From NCBI RefSeq assembly GCF_001194135.2, contig NC_068995.1:51077438-51141437 (forward strand): a stretch of DNA of 64,000 nt. Direction: 5' to 3'. The translations under genes and the position numbers were made by a program. Shown piece by piece: positions 13,467 to 26,195 of this stretch. Positions within the stretch are counted from its first letter, which is position 1. The number at the start of each line of letters is the position of its first letter. A model generated the notes under the pieces. It was given only the letters and a program-made list of their open reading frames with translations, did not search any database and was not told the origin of the DNA. This stretch comes from Octopus bimaculoides (taxonomy: Eukaryota).

Positions 13467-13899
13467 TTATATGTAGATTTCACGATCAAGTATCCAGTTT
13501 GTGTTGTTTTTTGCGGGAGGGGGGGAGACGCTTTTTTTTTTTTAACTTTCAAAAATCTCAAAGAGAATCGCAATCCTCTTTCACAGTCTATATGTACATA
13601 TTTATATATATGAACATACATATATATACATATATGTGTATGCGTGTGTAAATATAACGTAAACCTTCTTGAATCAACTACCTCCCGGTCATGTACGTAC
13701 AGCCTCCACCTCTTCACTCGGGTCAACCGGAGTGAGAATAATGCGCATATGACTAACACAAAAGTATTTCTTTAAAAAGAAAATTATTAACACCTTGAAT
13801 TTCCGTCAAGAACGAATTTCTAAATATTCTTATTATTATTAAGCAGTTCCATTGTAACTATCAGATAGTTTTTTGGTCGGTTTTACTTTTCAAGATTTT

Positions 13900-14060
13900 A
13901 GTGTCGACACAGATCTAGACTATTGTGCGGATAAACTTGTTTGCGCGGTACGTTCGCCGCCGTCTTAGCGGGTCATGTGATTTATCTGCTACATTGATGT
14001 TAAAACACTCAGTCTTCTTCCGTCTTTCTGTCTTCACGTTTCGTTCTGATTTCATCTTAC
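13900..14060 (-). promoter_or_regulatory. Putative USP3 promoter (local CpG-rich patch)
   Basis: CpG cluster (GCGCGGTACGTTCGCCGCCG, GCGGGTCATGTGA) about 450-600 nt upstream of the USP3 ATG in CpG-poor DNA. Inference only. Confidence 0.4.
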
Positions 14061-14433
14061 TCTCTCGATCCTGCTTCTTTTCTCTTATTTCTTTCACTCT
14101 TGGATTTTACTCTTTGTTCATCATCAGTTTTATCGACAAGGCATGTCTTGGAATCAAATATTATTAAAACAAAAAAAAAAAAAAACGATGACGAATATTG
14201 ACTTTTCTGAAAAAGTAGTCGTTTCTATGTTACCAAGATTTAATTACTTTTTGTTAATCTTGCTATTATTAAGTACCCACTCTTTATTTTATAGTTAAAC
14301 GAATTAGAATATACTTTCCGGGACAAACTACTCACATTACTTTTCATCATATAAAGTGAAAGACGATAAACTATAATTTTCCAAGCACTTTCTTACGGAT
14401 ACAAAATTACGGAGGTCCTACAACACAACCATC

Positions 14434-15719
14434 ATGCGTCTTGGACTTGCTACCCGTACCACTGTGTATGCGATTAAAATCCTTGAAGCCATACAGGTCA
14501 TTGCTAAGAATTGTACGCTAACTCACCCTGCTCGTACCATACCCGATTCGTGGGCATGTATTCAGCGGTGTGTATGCCGTCGATTAATTCGAAATTCCTA
14601 TACATATAATCAATACGATATGGACTGTAGTTTAATTAACCATGCCGACATGAATGGCAACGTGTGGTACTACCATCACATTTGCAAGAATAAAAAGTCG
14701 ATTCGTCATGGAAGCTGATTTGGCAACGGTAAAATCTGTTAATTTGCTGTTGGTCCTACGACTTCCCATAGAAAGACATTGCCAGGGAATCCGGATATAC
14801 AAACGAGGTGCGTCGGTTGGTGCAATTATTGCAGAGAAATTTGCGAAGAAGGAATTATCCGTAATCCTCAACAGCGGTTTGATTTGAATAGTAGCTTGTG
14901 GATGTAAACAAAGAGAAATATTTCCATCGAAATTACTTCAGGGGTCAATGGAACCAGGGCCATTGGGCTGTTCAGTGCAATTAGGCAAAGGTCCGGGAAA
15001 TGTTTTGTGGTGAAAGTAACAGATAGTAAGATATTTTGCGTCATTTAACGATGCAGTGGATCCTACCTGGTGCCAGTGTTGGCTGGAGAACCTAGATAAC
15101 AGTGGTGCTCAACTATTTTTTTCCTGTCAACCACTTTGATTCCGGTTTTACTCTGTTGAACCCTCATAGCCATTCGATCTTATATTCTTATAATTAAATA
15201 TCGTTAGGAATTATGTAAAATAAGTGTTAAAATAATATTTTGTGTATTGTAGAAGTATAATCAATTTATGGCACTATTTTTAACAAAATCTTATATGGAC
15301 ACTCCTCCCCCATCAAGGGTCATATGAACCACTAGTGTACCTAGAGTGTGAGCCGCCAGGGGCGGCCCTCAGACCCAAAAGTACTGCCCCTTTAAAAGTG
15401 CACCCCCACCTCCCGTCTAGCGAAGCTAGTGATATGGACCCCGCTTGAGAACCACTGACAAAGAAGAATGAAGGCCCCAACGATGTTTACACCCATTCGA
15501 TCTTACATCGCGATCACAAATCTGTGGTCCCTAGAGATGACGTGCATACACAGACCGTGGCAGAAATGTGGGTGCGAGTCAAGGGAAAAATTCCGACGAC
15601 AATTTGAAACTTCCGATCAGCTTTTTGAAAGCTATTTGTATGAATTTCTGTGGCGGAATTCTGTGAAGGATAAATCAGTCTTTTGTCTAGCACCTATATG
15701 TGACGTTTACGTTTTTTAA
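14434..15719 (+). pseudogene. Fossil Merlin (ISXO2/IS1595-like DDE) transposase with stops and frameshifts, interrupted by a MITE
   Basis: Colinear motifs across frames: RRLIRNS, KKSIRHGS*F, GWCNYCREICEE, VDVNKEKYFHRNYFRGQWNQGHW, SGKCFVVKVTD, QWILPGASVGWR, then after the insertion DVHTQTVAEMWVR and KFRRQFETSDQLFESYLYEFLWR. Confidence 0.85.
15100..15457. mobile_element. Non-autonomous DNA transposon (hAT-like MITE) inserted in the Merlin fossil
   Basis: Terminal inverted repeats CAGTGGTGCTCAA / TTGAGAACCACTG (12/13). No recognisable TSD. Confidence 0.6.
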
Positions 15720-15738
15720 AAATCTTTCGATTATAGAG

Positions 15739-15782
<44 letters not shown>

Positions 15783-18700
15783 NNNNNNNNNNNNNNNNNN
15801 NNNNNNNNNNNNNNNNNNNNNNNNNNNNNNNNNNNNNNNNNNNNNNNNNNNNNNNNNNNNNNNNNNNNNNNNNNNNNNNNNNNNNNNNNNNNNNNNNNNN
15901 NNNNNNNNNNNNNNNNNNNNNNNNNNNNNNNNNNNNNNNNNNNNNNNNNNNNNNNNNNNNNNNNNNNNNNNNNNNNNNNNNNNNNNNNNNNNNNNNNNNN
16001 NNNNNTGTCGAGATACGTTTTCCTGTGTGTGGATAACGATTATGCTGACATTTGAAAAAAAAAAATGTATTTATTTGGGGTGGGATGGAGTCAGTTTCGG
16101 ATCATTTTCTACCCACCTCCGACTTTCCTTGTTACTCTCTTCAAAATAGATATTTTGCAGAAATACATTTCCAAGAGGGTACATTACGTAATGTTGTTAT
16201 CTCAAGCATATAAATCTGGATAATGCTAAAATTACGGAAATTGGTGGTGACAAAGTTAAGGGGATGGGGGGGGGGGAAATGATCAGAACCCCTTCTCCCC
16301 ATTTTTTTCCTTTTTTTAAAAGCTAAATTTTATCAACATAATCGTAATCTACACCCTCGGAAACGTATCTACAAAATTTCATTTTAAAATATGCGAAGTT
16401 ATTTGAGTGAGACACGAAACTAGTTTTAATGTATCTCGCACCGTCGATTAACAATTTCAGAGTCACCGAACATCCAATGACCCTCATGCCGCTCTCTTCT
16501 GTGGTACTTCCGATACTTATATCGTCACGATTATAGGACATCCAATGTGCCAGGTTTAGTTCTCTGCTTCTTGGGTCCTTTCTTTTCCTCCCTCCGCTTA
16601 TTTAGTCATTTTCGTAGGGGTAATTGTTCATTTTACTTTGACGTTTTTTACATCTTTAAAATAGATTTACTCAAAAGATGAGGCTAATGATCCGAAGAGT
16701 TACCATAATAATGCTTTAAAGTCATATATATATATATATATATACAGACATGAAGGATTAAGTCGGCACGTTTCTGTTTAACTCCAGATCAGCTCTGACT
16801 GAAAACAACCACCTGGCATAATATACCTAGGGCTACAATATCCTGTGTGTCATTTTAAAACAGTACAGCATGGTCTGAGGAAAATTTGGTTGCTATATCT
16901 AGTAAGCTAAGCGATCATTGAGAGGCTTCCCCGTTTTACAGTTTAAGAAGGATAGATTAATATTAAATTTTGAAAAGTTTTACATTAGAAATGAAGTAGT
17001 TATGGAAGAGTGAGGTGCAAACTCATAAAGAAGTTTGAAATTTTGTTTGTGTTGGGGGGGGGGGGGTTAAAAATACAAAAATTAATAAATCAAGGCAATA
17101 GCTACCACTTCCCTCACCCAGCATGTATTAACTACTTAATCCGGAGTTGCTCCCAAGTTAGCTTGCAATAATTTACATACATATTAACAGATGTACATGT
17201 GTGTGTGTGTATGTATATATACACATACATGTATGTTCTTTACTAGTGGGGTTTTTTTTTTTTTAGTTTCTGGGAGAGAAAAAAAGTTCTTCCATTTTAA
17301 AAGCACGTGTATCAACAAGGTAACTCGTAAGTATTTAATTGCAAACAAAATTTTAAAATGAAAAAATATAAAAGGTGTAATAATGTATAAATTTCGAAAA
17401 GCTGCAGTTTTCTAAAAGAGTAAAGAAAACACAAAAAAAGTTAATATTTGGTTTTCGTTTCAGTATTTTGAATGTACCAAGATGTTTTTATACATCCCTC
17501 CCCATCGACAATAATGGGAAATGTACAAAAATAGTTTATGATGAAGGACCGAAACGAATAAACAAATGCTTTAAAGTATGTTGTTATTAAATAAATTTGT
17601 TGGAAACAGTATTGTGTAGTTAATTTATTAAGGTAGAATCGTAGGAAATAAGACATATCTTAAAAAACAAATAACGTGTCATCTCATTTCGAAAAAGAAG
17701 CGAAAGTGTTAGAATCTTTTCGGAAGAGAAATTAATGAAGGCAGATGTTTGTCTTTCTAGACAATTATATAAAAGTCGAAAGTATTTGTTGACTAATGCC
17801 GAAGTGTGGCAATTTAAAATACATATCTTATTTTCGGAGATGTTTTCTTAATAACTTAATGACGTTGAAACATGAGAACAAAAATTTATAATACCCTATG
17901 CGTTTAACAATTCGTTTCGATCATTCAGGTGAAGCAAGTTATATTTTGTACATTTCCGAACTCGTCCGTTTCATTTGCGCGTGCGCAAATGCAAGTTAAA
18001 AGAATAAAGAGCAGACGATGCTTGTTTAACAAAAAAAAATCGAACTTTTTTAATTTTTACATTTTTCAACGCTAATTTTTTTTTCATTAGCATCTTTTTC
18101 AACACTAATTAGTTAACTTATTTGCTAACATTGTTGAAAATAATGCTTTTTGGGGTGTTATATGAAATAACGCTTTTTCACGCGTAACTCTGTAGTAAGA
18201 AGTTTGCTCCTCAACCACAAGGTTCCAGGTTCAGTGGGAGGTAAATTCAAGGCGTAAGTATTATCAGAGTTATCTCCCCTGCTAGCTATAATCTAAATTC
18301 TCAAATTTAATTTTGCGAATCAGAAATTTCCACTTTGAAGATAAATTATTGATACTTTTCTCGTCCTTTATTTTATCGTCTCTCCCACTTCTCTGAGATT
18401 GCAGATTAAAGTGTGATATCTATAATCAGAAGATAGAAAATGACCCTATTTTTACAATCTTTCAGGCTAACTCATGCATATATATAAGATTATGTCGTAT
18501 GTTGTACTTGTGTATGTAGGTGTTTTACTGCTATTTCTAGCATGCTAGGTCATCAGATTTACAAACATAGGGTAAAGACAAGAAACATTAAAATGACCTA
18601 CACAGGAATAACAAGATTCGACAGGTGGTATTTAACGCTTCGACGGAGAAAGCCAGTCATAACATTTCGGACTTTAGTTCTTCATCAGGAGAAATGAAAG

Positions 18701-19928
18701 AAAAGGACACAGAGGGAGCGAGAGATATACTGTATTATATACCACAAACGTATGTATATAATAGAGTATTGTGGTTATAATTATTACAGCTATTTCAAGC
18801 ATGTTGGGCGTTCGTAAGCCAAATGACCATTAGTACTGTGGGTGTGTGTGCATGCGCGCGCGTATATATGTCTGGTTAGCAGATTTCTTTCATTCGCCAC
18901 AAATCTTTTATGGACCAAAGACTTAGATTCTAGAAATGGAAAGCTAAAAGAGAAAAAAAAGTGTGCCAACGCTGATGTGCGTAACTCAAGATACAAATTA
19001 ATAACCATATTGAAATCATTTTCCACTACGATGTTATATGTCTAAGGGAGAGAACTCTATCGATTAAAAAAAAAAAGCACCAAAATGAAAACTATGTTTT
19101 GTCATTTCTGGATTTCTTTCATATTTGTGTGTTTCTTAAACGGCTTATAAACACCTTCCACGCTGCAATTGGTTTCATATTTTCATCATCTCTTATCAAA
19201 TCTGCGAAATATTTTGCAATTTCACCTTTAATTAACGTTCATAAAAGGTATCCGGTGTTAATACGAGAGTTAGAACAATTAACAAATTATTACTCTTCAA
19301 ACTCGTGACCTTCATCGTATTCGATTTTTGTCTTAGTTGTAATGAAGATATGAAACATACTGAAGACCTGTGTCTTGTAGAACGGATACCCTTGGATGTG
19401 TATAAAAAAAATAAAAATAAAAACAACCATGCCGAAATAAATTTTCATTATAACCAGACATAATTTCCCCAGGTAAACTATCCATTGTGCAAGTCATCGA
19501 TTTCATGCATCATTAGCTGTATGGGATGACTATGGGTACAAATTGACATCAGAGGTTATAATGAAATGGATCGACTACTATCACTGCAATATGTGTATTG
19601 AGTAATTTATTCAAACCCCAGTTCAAATTGGTGTCAATGTTAAGTTGATGAGAGTGACATTCTTTCTTAAAATGACGCAAGACATGTTAAATATAGCCAA
19701 ATGATTAGAAATTGCTTTTGTGTAGCATAATTAACAACTGCAAAATACGAATTCATTATTCCTGACTGAACAGACCTATAACCAAAGGCGTTCTAACCAT
19801 GACTGTTCATACTATTTCTTTCTCTGGTATTCTATATCTGGAACTTCATTATCCATGTGTGCCTTTTTTTTTCTCTCATTTCAAAACAGTTGGCTGTTAT
19901 TTCTAGTAGATTGAACGATCAAGTAGAA

Positions 19929-20630
19929 CAAGGGTGTCAAACTTGTTTGGCTTTGTAAACCAGATTGAAGCATAAATTAAAATCTCAAAAGCTAGGTCTG
20001 AACGGTTATCCCTTTAATCCCTATCAATAATATAGGCCAAAGTAAACGGAGAAAGGGGTCAATAAATATTATAACAACTTTATTAACAACATAGAAAGGA
20101 AAGAACATGAGATGTTAGCGTAAAGTTTGTGTGCAGAGATGTGTGGGAAAAACTCATCCACTTATATATATGTGTGTGTGTGTGTAGTTCTGTTAAGAGT
20201 CCTTGTAGTGAGAATGAGATAGAAATTTTCCAAATGAATGCATACAGTTCTTGAGAAGACCAATGATGGACAGAAAGCATGTACTATTTCAATGTCACTC
20301 ATATGACCAGAATCCATTTGGACAAATGTGCGTAAATTTGAAAAAGAAAATACTTCTGTTTGGCTCAGTATTTATAGTCAAACTAATGAAGAAAGTCACA
20401 TCTTTTACTATATGATTCATAAGCTTTTTTATTGGTTGAGATAACAAAAGATTCTCTAAGATGCACTCATTTGACTAATTAGAATTAGTGTTAATCAAAA
20501 CTCTAGTCAGGCTCTGAATCTAAATGCATAGTAGTGATATTTTACAGAATATTTGAAGAAAAAAAATTTCAGAGACAGACTAAATTGCAAACTAGATCTG
20601 GCCCATGAGCCATACGTTTGACACCCACTG
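19929..20630. mobile_element. Possible hAT-like non-autonomous element
   Basis: Inverted termini GGGTGTCAAAC / GTTTGACACCC about 700 bp apart; no clear TSD. Confidence 0.4.
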
Positions 20631-21446
20631 GTTTAGAGAACTTCCTTATTGGTTTGCCTTATAAGAGTATATTTTTGAGACAAGGCACATGGCCAGTTTT
20701 GCAATGCAAGGCATCATAATAAAGGAATCTATTTTAAATTTATCAAAGGTAATTATTTGACTAAGTGGAATGAAAAAGTTGGCAACAGTGACTTAAAAAG
20801 TCAGATTTGTGAATTACAAAACTAAATACACGACCCAGCATTAAGCAGCCTTCTCTATCTTGACACTTCATGAGCTAATGAAACAGGATAATCTTCTAAG
20901 TTAATTATTCAACCATCTCAGATGTCGAGCCAACAAGGGACTACATATATATATAATTGACTAATGTGCTGCAAATAGCAGTCAAATCTTCAGATCATAC
21001 TCTACTGTCTTAAAAAATGGAAGGACACATTGAATAACATGGCCCTAGATATATGTCATTCTGCCTTGAAATAAAGACTAGATGATCATGACAGATACTC
21101 CTTTGATCATTAAGTCTGCACTCTCAGAGCTCACCTGGGCTAAACGAGTATAGCGGCAACAACTTTCCAACCATCCCCTTAACAACTTAAGAATAGGCAT
21201 CATGGATTTTAATGACTATTTTGTTGAGGACAATGAAAACAAGATGGACAAGGCTACAAGGAGCCTCTATATGGGTTGTTTGACCTGCAAGAAATAGCAG
21301 CCATACTATCTACAAATCTAACTCTACTGTCTTAAAAAATGGCACACTGTACAATAAAGCCCCTGATGTTTGGTAGGCAGGTTATGGTTGGACTTTGATC
21401 AAAGTATTAACTTAATCAGAGCTGAACTGAAACAAGACAGGTTAGT

Positions 21447-21477
<31 letters not shown>

Positions 21478-23913
21478 CAAACCAGACTTAACAGCAACAG
21501 CCCAGTCGTTAGTAACTACAAGATGTATAGTATATTAATAGTTGCTAGTACATGGCATATCAGAATCGCTGCCCTCCAAGTGGTCTTCAGTTGGGAATAA
21601 TACAATACGGATATATGTATTCTTTGCACACACACGCACATGTGTGTGGCTGCAGGTATCTGTTTGTGTATTTGGAACTACATTTTCCAGTGTACTGTTT
21701 CCAAATAAAAGATAGTAGATTATAATCCGAGTGAAATTTGGCAGCTATATCTAACTGGTCATATGACATTGGCTCAAAATAAACTTTGTTGTTCTTGTGC
21801 ATTCCCATATCAGTAATAATTGAACAAAACTATGGTAAAAAGTATTCTATTCATGATAAACGCTTTGTTTGTATATCAGGAATTACATTGTTGAATATAA
21901 CCTTAATTTAAGACAATAGGATGTGATTTGTGAATTTTAGCAGGATGAGCATTCATGTATCAGCTGCCTCTTGAATAAAGTTGCCAATGAACAATATTTA
22001 TCTCATCTTCTCCCACCTTTGTTTTTTTCACTTTGTTTCATATCTTCAGAGGAGGTGACTGGACTAACATGCAAGTTGCAAGTTAATCCATTACTTCAAC
22101 AAAGTGGTTGCCTTTAGAGATGGTGTAAGTGTTAAATGACCTAGAAAGGATAACAGAAGGAGAGGGTATTTTTTTTTTTGATCACATGTATAACATCAAT
22201 GCATAATTATCATACAATATATATATTTTAAACAGTTCAATAATTTATTAATGGAAATTTTAAAGTCTATTTTAACAAGATTTAAAATACCTCACATTGG
22301 AGTTTTCTTCTCATGTAACTATTATATCTATCGTTCATATTTTGTTTAAATATTTGTTCTTTGTTTAGTCTTAAATGATTAGTTTTTAAATAAAAATTAA
22401 ACAAAATTTCCAAATCTTAAAACACACACACACTCATCATGATGATCATCACAATTTTTGTATCTGCTTTTTCCAGGCCAGCATGGTTTGGACAAAACTT
22501 ATTGAGACAGTATTCTATTGCTGAATGTCCTTCCTGTCAATAATACTTGTTTTTCAAGTAAGATAATTTATTCCAGTGGTTTTCACATGCGAAAATGCTG
22601 AGCAGGACATTTTGTTTATGGAGGATATAAACATCACTGCTACTCAAATTCTATCAGTGTGAAGACCGCGAAAACACACACACACACATAATAGATTTCC
22701 ATACAGGCTCTGTTTACCAAATATCAGTCACAATGCATTGATGAATCTGAGGCTATGGTAGAAGATACTTGCCCAAGGTGCTATGCAGTGAGATCAAATC
22801 CAAAACCAAGTGTTTGCTAAGTGGGCCTTCTTAACCAAAAAGCCATATATTCATTAGCGTTAAAAAGAAAGAAAAATGATGTTAAATGGATCAATGTGAC
22901 AGGACTTGATATAGTTCTTGGTAGTTTATACATTGTTTCAACTTGCATAGAACTTCATCTGACAATGTATCACAACTGCTTAGTCAACAACTGTCAGTCA
23001 GGCACCCTTGTTGGCTGGAGCCAATAATTGAGGTCTCTATGTAGTCCCACAATCTGCTCAAAATAGCTGCCAAATTTCCCTCAAATTACACCTTGTTGTC
23101 TTGAAGGAGGGAAGGACACATTGGATAATGAAGTTTTCAACATGTTACATATTTCTGAAAAGAGGGCATGGTTGTAGCTCTGAAGAACTTTGACTTGGAG
23201 CCATATAACAACAACAACAATCATCAGTTGCAATTTCTTCCACTCAAAAGGAAACCAACCAAACATTAATACACAAACACACAACTAGGTGCTATTTAGA
23301 AGCTGGCACCCCCTCACTTCTGCCTAACCTCAATAAGCTCAATTTATTTAGAAAGAAAAAAATATCAAGAAATTTCTGAGTTTTCTTTTCTCATTTTTTT
23401 TTCTGCTGAATTTAAGTTACTGTGATTATAAGATTAAAAAAAAAAAAAAAAAAGGGTTTTTGAAAAATATGTAAAAATTAAATGAAAAAAAAAAAAAGGC
23501 AAATAAAGCAAAGAGAAAACAAAAAGGTAACAGAACAGAAACAAAACAAAAGAATTTCAAAGTTCCTGAGAAGATATTTTAGCTTTCAAAATGAATACAA
23601 AGACTTTATGAAAACATGATAGTGCTTGCTACAAGAATCATGAAAGTAAGATTCCGCTTTCACCTAAAAAAAAATTTCAACAAAGAAAAATTGTGCTGAT
23701 CACGGTCAAAGGTCAAAGTTTAAAGACAAGAGGAGCAAGAGAAGATTTTTATAGATTATTATTTTTTTTGTTTGTTTGTTTGCTTTGCAATAAGAATGCA
23801 TAGGTTTTTTTTTTTTGTTTTAAGTTTTCAGTTGTAAATATTAAATGCTCTATATTTGAAATCAATTTTCAGTGGTCCCATGAGAATTGTGGCAGTTAGG
23901 AGATGATCGCTGG

Positions 23914-23988
23914 TTAACGGAAGTAGGCAACGCCTAAAGAAAGTAATACCACAACCAAACTGCCAGCAATGATCGACCATTTCCAAGA
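23914..23988 (-). CDS. FKBP8: FKBP8 exon 10 (C-terminal tail anchor and stop)
   Basis: TTGTCTTTTCAG acceptor; SWKWSIIAGSLVVVLLSLGVAYFR*; hydrophobic helix after the WKW motif as in FKBP38. The ten exons total 1689 nt (562 aa plus stop) with consistent phases. Confidence 0.92.
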   Translation of the reverse strand, partial: SWKWSIIAGSLVVVLLSLGVAYFR

Positions 23989-24877
23989 CTGAAAAGACAA
24001 AACGAAAAGAAAAACATAAATTGAATACAAAATATTCAAATGATTGTAATAAGACATTACAAATAAGATTATAATTTTCAGACTATTGACCTCATCTTTA
24101 GATTTGAAATATTTACATCTCCACATTTTGAAGGTGCAATGGTTTTGTGGTTAGGGTGTTTGGCACATGATTGTCAGATCAGGGGTTCAGATCCTGGATA
24201 GGGTCACTGCATTGAGTCCTTGAGTGAGGTCTTGGACCCGTGCACACTCTACCACCAGAAACACTTATGTATGAAGGGGTAGCACTAAATCTGTTTATAA
24301 ACAATATACCAGAGTGTTACCCCTTTTGTGTCACCAGCCATAACTCCTCTTTTTATTCATTTGTGGGTGACATCCATAGCCCATCTCGATCACCATTCAT
24401 CACTCAATCTCTCCCTCCTTCTCCGTTCCCCACTCTCTCTCAGAAGCAAGCATGTGACTGCCATTACTGTCTCTCTTCTATCACTCACCCTGAGCATTGT
24501 CACCACCACCTCTCTTCTATCACCTTCGCACCTCCTTGCTCTCTCTTCATTCCTTTCCAGTCACACAGACTTAAATAAATGGATTTACTGCAGGGTTGAG
24601 AGGACCCTTTAGTCAAGGACATGACCACCTCTTTGATGTTGGTGTCATACTAAAATGGACCCAGTACACTCTGTAAAGTGGTTGGTGTTAGGAAGGGCAT
24701 CGCCAAAAATTGGAACAAGTGAGCATGATGTGGTCTCTGCAAACTGTTTAGGTGGGCAGTAACTCTGAATAAGAAGAGACTTCATCCAACCCATATTAGC
24801 ACGAAAAGTAGGTGTAAAATGATGACAATGACAATAATGATATATAATAATTGGATTGTTAAATTTTGGGACGGTCA

Positions 24878-25241
24878 TTTTTTTTCTTGCCAAATAAACA
24901 CACACACACACACACTCTATATATTCGTTCTTCACTTATTTATTATTGTTCTTATTTTATCTTGTGTCCATTGTCTGGAAATATTTCATCACACATCTGT
25001 GACCTCTTCAGTGACTCTTCCATCCCATGTGTATCCTCCTGTTCTGCTTAGTCCATTCTGTCTTTCTAAAAAGACAGAATGAACTAAACTAACCAGGAGG
25101 ATACACATGGGATGGAAGAGTTGCTGAAGAGGTCACAGATGTGTGACAAAAGATTTCCAGACAATGGAGAATAAGAACAATAATAAATGAGTGAAGAATG
25201 AATATACAGCTTGTGTGTTTATTTGGCAAGAAAAAAAAAAA
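24878..25241. repeat. Long fold-back (about 180-nt arms, 4-nt loop) with degenerate hammerhead-like cores; probably an inverted Penelope-type terminus
   Basis: Arms meet at CTGTCTTT-ctaa-AAAGACAG (loop 25066-25069). Each arm carries CTGAAGA-G-GTCAC-AGATGT-GTGA(C/T)-(A/G)AAA. Confidence 0.8.
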
Positions 25242-25405
25242 GAAAAGATTACCCTCTCAAAATATAACAATGTCTGTATCAACACATGATTTCACATCAG
25301 GAATTTTGCAAAACAAATTTATAAAAATAATGGAATTGAAAATGAGATAATGAAATACAGGTAAGTCAAGGGGTTTGGGAATAAAAATAAAATGTAGAAA
25401 TTTAC

Positions 25406-25531
25406 CGAATAATCTGATGAGGGTTTAGAAGGGGGTTTATCAGTTCGGAACATTTTCTTACACATATTGCGCTCAGACTGTGTCTCTTTCGATAACTTTT
25501 TGGTAAGTTTCGATAATTCCTGATGAATAAT
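25406..25531 (-). CDS. FKBP8: FKBP8 exon 9 (post-TPR helix, putative calmodulin-binding region)
   Basis: IIHQELSKLTKKLSKETQSERNMCKKMFRTDKPPSKPSSDYS; AG/GTAAAT; 126 nt, phase 0. Matches FKBP8 TIHAELSKL. Confidence 0.92.
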
Positions 25532-25641
25532 CTGAAATGAAACCCAAGACGTTACATAACAGCAATCTTATAACCTACAAGTAAATTCCTAGCTAGAGAG
25601 AAAGACAGCAAGAGAATGACAAAGACAAAATTTGAGAATCG

Positions 25642-26195
25642 TCATCATCATCATCATCATCATTTAACGTCTGTTTTCCATGCTGGCATGGGTTGGACGG
25701 TTTGACAGGAGTTGACCAGCTGAAGGGCTGTTCAGGCTCCATGTCTGTTTTGGCATGGTATGGCATTGGTTTCTATGGTTGGATGCTCTTCCTAATGCCA
25801 ACCACTCTACAGAGTGTACTTGGTGCTCTAATCCAGTACTAGCATGGGTGCTTTGTTTCATGTGGCACCAGCACCAATGAGCCTGCAAGATTAGGGATGC
25901 TCAGCTGGAAGGGAGTCGCAGGAGATGAGCCTGTATGCAAGGGCAACCATGCTTTTACTTAGCTTGATGTGTCTTTTTAAGCACAGCAAACTGCCAGGAA
26001 TCTCGGTCCCCTGTAATCCCCTCTGTGAATCTTAACATGTGTAGATCTTTTCTCATCACTTTGTCCCACATCTTTCTGAGTCTACCCCTTCCACATGTTC
26101 CCTCTACAATTAGAGATTGGCACCTCTTGATGCAACTGTCTTCTTTCATACACATTACATGGCCATACCAGCACAGTCTTCTCTCTTGCACACTA
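25642..26195 (-). mobile_element. RTE-clade LINE 3' fragment with (GAT)n tail
   Basis: MQERRLCWYGHVMCMKEDSCIKRCQSLIVEGTCGRGRLRKMWDKVMRKDL matches the RTE ORF2 C-terminus. The 3'UTR is shared with many shorter copies in the window. Confidence 0.8.

Noticed and set aside
24274-24325. Short hairpin AAGGGGTAGCACT...AGTGTTACCCCTT as a pre-miRNA
   Set aside because: Stem of about 13 bp is too short and lies among SINE debris; no supporting evidence.
25414-25540. CTGATGA...GAAA strings resembling hammerhead cores, also at about 51718
   Set aside because: They overlap FKBP8 and SNRNP35 coding sequence and lack properly placed stems I and II.
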